The notes beneath the pieces are model-generated. The model saw only the letters and a program-made list of their open reading frames with translations. It was not told where the DNA came from and made no database searches. Shown piece after piece: positions 34,333 to 39,361 of a stretch of DNA of 39,361 bases. Each line of letters starts with the position of its first letter. Within the stretch, counting starts at the first letter, position 1. The translations under genes were made by a program, and so were the position numbers. The stretch lies in contig JADHUQ010000002.1 in assembly GCA_016784425.1 (NCBI GenBank), positions 1-39,361 of the forward strand, given 5' to 3'. The DNA comes from Candidatus Delongbacteria bacterium. Lineage in GTDB: Bacteria > CAIWAD01 > BS150m-G50.

Positions 34333-34815
34333 ATGCAACTCGCCACTCTCCTCTATGTGCGCACCGACACCCACACACTGATGCTGCTGCGTAATAAAAA
34401 GCGGCATGACCTGCACGCCGGGCGCTGGAACGGTCTGGGCGGAAAATTTGAGCCGGGTGAGATGCCGGAAGAGTGCGCCCGGCGGGAACTGCTGGAGGAA
34501 TCGGGACTGCACGCTGAAGAGCTGGAGTGGAGAGGGCTGTTGACCTTTCCTCTCTTCGACGGGATCAAGGATTGGTATGTACATGTTTTCGTGATACCGA
34601 GGTTTACCGGTGAATTGATCGATTCACCGGAAGGGGAGCTGGCCTGGATTGAGAACGACGCGCTCCTCGATCTGAACCTATGGCCTGGGGACCGGCATTT
34701 TCTTCCCTGGGTTTTTGGTGATCGCTTCTTCTCTGCTCGTTTTAACTATCTGGATGGAGAAGTGGAATCGTATCACAGAGTGTTTTACGGCAGCCTGGAC
34801 AAGGAGAACGCATGA
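34333..34815 (+). CDS. NUDIX hydrolase (MutT-like)
   Basis: The Nudix box GLGGKFEPGEMPEECARRELLEESGL matches GX5EX7REUXEEXGU. Confidence 0.9.
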   Translation: MQLATLLYVRTDTHTLMLLRNKKRHDLHAGRWNGLGGKFEPGEMPEECARRELLEESGLHAEELEWRGLLTFPLFDGIKDWYVHVFVIPRFTGELIDSPEGELAWIENDALLDLNLWPGDRHFLPWVFGDRFFSARFNYLDGEVESYHRVFYGSLDKENA

Positions 34816-35630
34816 CACACAACACCGTGAAGGTAAGCCTGATCGTTTTGAGCGGTCTGGTGTTACTGCTGGCTGGAGGAAGTGCCTGCGCCCAGGATGA
34901 TACTGGTGCGCCACCAGCCGTGCCTCTGAATTATCTGATCGACACACCGACCGCAGGCCTGCTGGAGCGGGGTGAGATGGGTTTTGACAGTCGTATCTAC
35001 GGGGATGGCGGCGTCCTTTTTACCTTCCAGGTGGGTGTGTTCCAGGCATTTAACATGGGTGTTTCCTACGGTGGTACCGGTATCGTGGGACAGGGGGAGG
35101 TAAACTGGAACCGGCAGCCCGAAGTGCATCTGCGCTACCGCCTGCTCAACGAATCCTTCATCTGGCCTGCCGTCAACATCGGTTATTCCAGCCAGGGATA
35201 TGGCAGACACTATGAGGATCGCTATCAGTTCAAAGCGCGCGGTTTCTACGGTGTGACCAGCAAGAACTTTCTGCTGGCGGGTCGCAGCATCATCGGCTTT
35301 CATGCCGGGATTAATTACAACAACAACGAAGTGGACGATGACAGCGGTCCCAACTACTGGTTTGGCTATCACCACGCACTGAATCAGGACCTGATGCTCG
35401 TATTGGAATACGACTGCGCGTTGCGGGACAAGTATGTGCTGCAGCAGCTTGCTGATGAGCCGGTAATGGAATTACATCGGCGTGATCGGGGTTATCTGAA
35501 CGGGGCGCTACGCTGGACTTTCGCAAAGAAACTCAGCCTGATTTTCCATTTCAAAGACCTGCTGGGTAACCAGGAGAATCTGGAAAACTTCGAACGTGAG
35601 ATCCGCATCCAATATGTGGAGACATTATAG
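34812..35630 (+). CDS. Predicted outer-membrane beta-barrel protein, unknown family
   Basis: AAGGAG RBS. ATGA overlap with the NUDIX stop. Signal peptide ...LLLAGGSACAQ. Alternating aromatic/Gly-rich strands run throughout. Confidence 0.6.
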   Translation: MTHNTVKVSLIVLSGLVLLLAGGSACAQDDTGAPPAVPLNYLIDTPTAGLLERGEMGFDSRIYGDGGVLFTFQVGVFQAFNMGVSYGGTGIVGQGEVNWNRQPEVHLRYRLLNESFIWPAVNIGYSSQGYGRHYEDRYQFKARGFYGVTSKNFLLAGRSIIGFHAGINYNNNEVDDDSGPNYWFGYHHALNQDLMLVLEYDCALRDKYVLQQLADEPVMELHRRDRGYLNGALRWTFAKKLSLIFHFKDLLGNQENLENFEREIRIQYVETL

Positions 35631-35633
35631 AAA

Positions 35634-36095
35634 ATGGGTTACATGCACCGGACCGTGCCGGTACTGCTGTTGCTACCGTTTTTAAGCGGTTGCTACACTG
35701 TGATACGTCATCAGCCGGTGGAGCAGTCGGTCGGCTATTATTCCGACTGCCTGCAATGCCATGACAACGGTGTCGAGGATTACTATGTCGAAGAGATTTA
35801 CCACCTCTCCGCTGACAGCTACTCCCGTTACGCTGGCGAAAACCATTATCGCTATTTTCACGACTCCCCCTGGTGGTGGTACTACAGCTACGATGAGGAT
35901 GAAGTCGCAGGGGAGGAGGATGATTCCCCGGTCACCCGGATTCTGCGGCGACACCAGAATTTCAACAGTACAGCAGTAATCCAGTTGGGGGAGAATGTGA
36001 TACGTCTCTCCAGCAGCGATGAACAGGATGAAGGGGACCAGGAGGAAGAGGAAGATAAACCACGCCAGAAAAAACTGAAGCGGAGGAAGCGCTGA
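35634..36095 (+). CDS. Small lipoprotein with a single CXXCH motif, an aromatic cluster and an acidic-then-basic tail
   Basis: VLLLLPFLSGC lipobox. DCLQCHDNG is a CXXCH motif. SPWWWYYSYDEDE is present. The tail is DEQDEGDQEEEEDKPRQKKLKRRKR. It sits in a chain of coupled genes (3-nt gap upstream, 1-nt overlap downstream). An equal-length antisense ORF has no such features. Confidence 0.6.
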   Translation: MGYMHRTVPVLLLLPFLSGCYTVIRHQPVEQSVGYYSDCLQCHDNGVEDYYVEEIYHLSADSYSRYAGENHYRYFHDSPWWWYYSYDEDEVAGEEDDSPVTRILRRHQNFNSTAVIQLGENVIRLSSSDEQDEGDQEEEEDKPRQKKLKRRKR

Positions 36096-37315
36096 TGTTG
36101 AATAGAGTTTTATCGATCTGCCTGTTGGCACCGCTGCTGGCATCGACTCTGGTCGCCCAGGATGAAGTGGATATTCTCAGTCGAACGCCCTTTACACCGG
36201 GTGCACGCGCCGCCGGTATGGCTGGCGCCTTCTCTGCGATTGCCGACGATTACACCGCCCTTTATTACAACCCTGCCGGATTAGCCGGTATGAAACGGAT
36301 GGAGTTATCCGCCTCCGGCTATATCGGTTTTCTGAACAACGATGCCGACATCGGTCCCGGTACAGCTGCTGCTACCGACGACAGTTTCGCCGGCCTCTCC
36401 CATTTTGGCCTGGTATTGCCGTTACCGGTGTATCGTGGCGGTGTCAGCTTCGCCCTCGGTTACCATCGCCTGGTAGACTTCAATCAACCTTACGGGATCA
36501 GGGTCGATGAAGCGCAGCTGCTGGTTGAAGAAGAGGGTGGGGTAAACGCCTGGGCTTTTGGTTTCGGGTTTCAGATGAGCCGCCGCTTCTGGGGTGGTTT
36601 GACACTGGAACTTCTTTCCGGTGAGGAGAAGTATCTCTTCACGGCTGAAACACCCACGACCGAAGAAAGGGAGTTCTCACACCTTTCCCTGACCGGTTTC
36701 CGTGTAACGGTGGGGAGCATGTTTCATCTGTCCCGCCAGTTACGCCTCGCCCTGCAATTGCGCACACCGGTCAAGTACAACTTCGCCTGGGAGGACTACC
36801 AGTATGTTCTGATCCAGAACGGTCAGGTGGTCGAAGAGGATGACCGGCTCGGTTATGATTACAAGCTGTATATACCGTTCGAGTTGACCGTAGCCACCGC
36901 CTGGCGGGGGCGCTGGTTCGCGCTGGACGGCGAGGTAAGTTTCACCGACTGGAGCCAGGCGCAGTACAACGAGTATTTCGAGGATGATTTCTACGAAGCT
37001 AATCGGGCTCTTGACCGCCAGTATGAACCGCGGCTGGGTATGCGTCTCGGTGGGGAATACAATCTACCGACTACCGACCTGGTGTTACGCGCCGGTGTGG
37101 CACATTATCCCTTCGCGGGACCCCGGGAGGAGATCACCCCTCGTTATCTGATCACTGGCGGTGTTGGCTATCTGATCGACCAGGTAGTGGATCTGAACCT
37201 GGCGGTTGGTTACGAGGTTGCTGATTTCGAATTTGACAGCGGTGACGACACCATTCATGAAAATCGTTCCTCACTGCTGCTCCGTCTCGGTTTTTACTAT
37301 CGCTTTCAACCATGA
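36095..37315 (+). CDS. Outer-membrane beta-barrel protein, FadL/PorV-like (membrane channel family)
   Basis: Signal peptide. GARAAGMAGAFSAIADDYTALYYNPAGLAG is the N-terminal hatch-like motif typical of FadL/OmpP1/PorV-type barrels. The C-terminus is ...LRLGFYYRFQP. Confidence 0.72.
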   Translation: MLNRVLSICLLAPLLASTLVAQDEVDILSRTPFTPGARAAGMAGAFSAIADDYTALYYNPAGLAGMKRMELSASGYIGFLNNDADIGPGTAAATDDSFAGLSHFGLVLPLPVYRGGVSFALGYHRLVDFNQPYGIRVDEAQLLVEEEGGVNAWAFGFGFQMSRRFWGGLTLELLSGEEKYLFTAETPTTEEREFSHLSLTGFRVTVGSMFHLSRQLRLALQLRTPVKYNFAWEDYQYVLIQNGQVVEEDDRLGYDYKLYIPFELTVATAWRGRWFALDGEVSFTDWSQAQYNEYFEDDFYEANRALDRQYEPRLGMRLGGEYNLPTTDLVLRAGVAHYPFAGPREEITPRYLITGGVGYLIDQVVDLNLAVGYEVADFEFDSGDDTIHENRSSLLLRLGFYYRFQP

Positions 37316-38085
37316 TAGATGCTCACTGCCACCTCTATGACGCCGCCGATGTGGCACAGCAGATGTATCTTTACGAGCGGGGTGGCGTCGCCTGTGTCAG
37401 CGAAGACCTGACTTCACTGGAGCGGAGCCTGGCGCTGGCGGAACAGTGGCCCGGAGTAATCTATGTCGGAGGCGCACTGCATCCGGCACACTCTGTTACC
37501 ATCACGCCGCTGGAGCTGGACAAATTTTTTGCCCGACTGGAGGAGGTTCATTCCCGCCTCGACCTGGTGGGGGAAAGCGGATTGGATTACAAGTATGCCG
37601 TGACACCGGAGCAACGTCAACTGCAAGGGTCACTGCTGCAGCGTCATTTCGATTTTGCCGCCCGGCACCGCCTACCGGTCAACCTCCATTCCCGGCGGGC
37701 TGAGCGGGCTGTAGTAGAAGCCGCCCTGGAATTTCGCAGCACTACCGGGCTCAACGCGTTGCTGCACTGGTTTACCAGTTCGCGCAAGTTGATCCGTCAT
37801 GGTGCCGCCGGAGGACTGTTCTTCAGTGCCGGTCCGGTGATACTGGAGGATGAAAACTCCTTCCGGGCGGCCTGTTCCATACCGCTGGAGCTGTTACTGA
37901 CGGAAACTGATGCGCCGGTTCCGTTCACACGGGGTGGTGGCCGTCTGGAAGCGGTTAAGGAAGTCACGGAGAAACTGGCTCTGTATCACGAAATGTCATT
38001 GTCTGAATTTGAACTGGTATTGCGGGACAACTTCCGGAGCTATCTGGCAGATCCCGCCGCCGATACCCCGGGAGCTGAATCCTGA
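37312..38085 (+). CDS. TatD-family metal-dependent hydrolase
   Basis: MIDAHCHL..., GE.GLDY, NLHSR, LLTETDAP. ATGA overlap with the upstream gene. Confidence 0.9.
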   Translation: MIDAHCHLYDAADVAQQMYLYERGGVACVSEDLTSLERSLALAEQWPGVIYVGGALHPAHSVTITPLELDKFFARLEEVHSRLDLVGESGLDYKYAVTPEQRQLQGSLLQRHFDFAARHRLPVNLHSRRAERAVVEAALEFRSTTGLNALLHWFTSSRKLIRHGAAGGLFFSAGPVILEDENSFRAACSIPLELLLTETDAPVPFTRGGGRLEAVKEVTEKLALYHEMSLSEFELVLRDNFRSYLADPAADTPGAES

Positions 38086-38107
38086 TTATGAGGACTTTTA
38101 AGTGAGT

Positions 38108-39361
38108 ATGAGAGTAAAACTACTGGCGTTGATATGTCTGGCAATACTGCCACAGCTGCTGTTGCACTGCACTATCGACGAAGACCCCTGGCCTGGTTCG
38201 GTGGAAATAATTGCCAGCAGTGATCTGGACGGCTCCGATCCTGGAGCGACCATCATACTTGACGGTGTGGAAACCCTGTATCACACCCCTTACACGATTA
38301 CCGACCTCGCAGCGGGGACCCATACAATAGCCCTGTCAGCGGCTGACTACAGTATGCTGGAGGTCAGTTATCAAATTCAGCTCGACAACGCTGATCCACA
38401 CACCCGGCTAGAGATATTGCTGATACGCCACCGGGGTACAGTCAGCGTGACCGCCGTAGACAATGACGATAATCCACTCCAGGCCCGTATCGTAATGGAT
38501 CTGACATCGCAGGGATTTCAAACACCTTACCAGTTGGACCCGATTACCGGCCAGCACCTCCTGCACCTGGCGGCAAACGGTTACACGACAACCCCGGAAT
38601 CTCTGCTGGTGGATGTGATACATAATGAGGAAACCACGGCTGTGTTCATCCTGACCCAGACACCGGGTGACGCCTTTCCGGTGGAAGTCAATGCAGAAAA
38701 TGAAGATGGGACACCTGCCACAGGTCTGGAAGTCTGGCTGGACAGCCGACCCTACGGATTAATCACACCAGCTCAATTCGAGGTTATTCCCGCTGATGTG
38801 GATCACCTGCTGGAGTTACGTGTTGGCTATAGTATCCGTGCAGAGTTGCTGGTTCCCGCCGGACAGCAGGAGCTGCTGATCTGGGAGCCGGTGATCACTG
38901 AAATCGAGTTGAGCCTGTTCAGCGTTCCGCCCGGGATGCCGATCTATCTCGACGAGATGGTTACCGGATTTATTACTCCACACAGTTTTCCTCTGATTGG
39001 CACCCATTTCGTCAGCGTCGGCAGTACCGGCCACGCCACTGATTTACCCGGTGGCTGGCTGCTGGATATAGCTGAAAGTACCGACATTGAGGTCACTCTG
39101 ACCGCCGGCAACAACGGTGTTCAGTTGAATGATATCGCGACCGATTTCTCCCTGCCGCTTTACGGGGCACCAGGTGTCGAAATGACCCTGCACCAGTTCC
39201 GCGGCCGCGTGGTGCTGTTGAATTTCTGGTTCGTGGATTGTCCCAACTGTATCCTGGAAATGCCGGGTCTGAATACAGTCTATCACGAATTCAGATCGCA
39301 GGGGTTCCGTTTCCTGGCGGTGGATGAGTTGGGCAGCTCTGCTGCTGAGGCTGAAGCTATC
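38108..39361 (+). CDS. Secreted protein with four PEGA-like repeats fused to a TlpA/AhpC-TSA-type thioredoxin domain (partial; runs off the right edge)
   Basis: The frame is open to the window end, so it is missing from the track. My translation reads MRVKLLALICLAILPQLLLHC... It has four repeats of the PEGA type (for example PGATIILDGVETLYHTPYTITDLAAGTHTIALSAADY). These are followed by DFSLPLYGAPG.EMTLHQFRGRVVLLNFWFVDCPNCILEMP, which contains the CxxC motif CPNC. Confidence 0.8.
   Translation, partial: MRVKLLALICLAILPQLLLHCTIDEDPWPGSVEIIASSDLDGSDPGATIILDGVETLYHTPYTITDLAAGTHTIALSAADYSMLEVSYQIQLDNADPHTRLEILLIRHRGTVSVTAVDNDDNPLQARIVMDLTSQGFQTPYQLDPITGQHLLHLAANGYTTTPESLLVDVIHNEETTAVFILTQTPGDAFPVEVNAENEDGTPATGLEVWLDSRPYGLITPAQFEVIPADVDHLLELRVGYSIRAELLVPAGQQELLIWEPVITEIELSLFSVPPGMPIYLDEMVTGFITPHSFPLIGTHFVSVGSTGHATDLPGGWLLDIAESTDIEVTLTAGNNGVQLNDIATDFSLPLYGAPGVEMTLHQFRGRVVLLNFWFVDCPNCILEMPGLNTVYHEFRSQGFRFLAVDELGSSAAEAEAI

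Noticed and set aside
1-39361. CRISPR arrays, tRNA/rRNA genes, transposases, integrases, and phage or defence-island hallmarks
   Set aside because: I saw no direct-repeat/spacer periodicity, no tRNA-like cloverleaf segments and no recombinase or transposase motifs in any frame. The window reads as chromosomal metabolic, envelope and metal-homeostasis genes.

Overview
This is a 39.4-kb, gene-dense segment (GC in the mid-50s % by eye) from a diderm bacterium. I found no rRNA, tRNA, CRISPR array, transposase or integrase. All product calls come from motif recognition by eye, and no searches were run.

Modules, left to right:
1. A partial secreted HExxH metallopeptidase on the minus strand (open at the window edge, so absent from the ORF track), and a truncated VOC-family gene.
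2. A metal-homeostasis block. It starts with a Cache/HAMP sensor kinase and a sigma54-dependent NtrC-type response regulator. These are followed by a DUF2892 membrane protein, a secreted Cys/His-rich protein with two HMBD modules (CPMH...CPxCxMxL) translationally coupled to nadA, a CusC/CusB/CusA-type RND efflux operon, and a second HMBD paralog.
   - Three canonical -24/-12 (GG-N10-GC) sigma54 promoters precede the DUF2892, cusC-like and HMBD-2 genes.
   - Each promoter has the same 17-nt motif, ATTGAAAG-N3-CWTKCA, 80-120 bp upstream. I read this as one sigma54/bEBP-controlled copper/silver regulon, which differs from the classical OmpR-type CusRS wiring.
3. A five-gene exopolysaccharide locus that matches none of the pga, pel, bcs, alg or ica layouts. 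It encodes a PgaC-like processive GT2 synthase, a lipoprotein with three Ig-like repeats, a short TPR plus beta-barrel export porin, a 1119-aa glycoside hydrolase / beta-sandwich / CE4 deacetylase fusion, and a lipoprotein with a degenerate deacetylase-like domain.
4. A CBS-pair protein and a 4Fe-4S protein, convergent with a dtxR-feoA fusion and feoB. A lower-GC orphan ORF lies upstream of these.
5. Two small overlapping membrane genes and an MtaD-like amidohydrolase.
6. An eight-gene, tightly coupled cluster: an orphan MutL-like ATPase and a barrel-sandwich partner (no mutase present), a NUDIX hydrolase, two outer-membrane barrels flanking a CXXCH lipoprotein, a TatD hydrolase, and a partial 4xPEGA-TlpA thioredoxin fusion.

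The sigma54 copper regulon and the atypical EPS locus are the best candidates for something not yet described.
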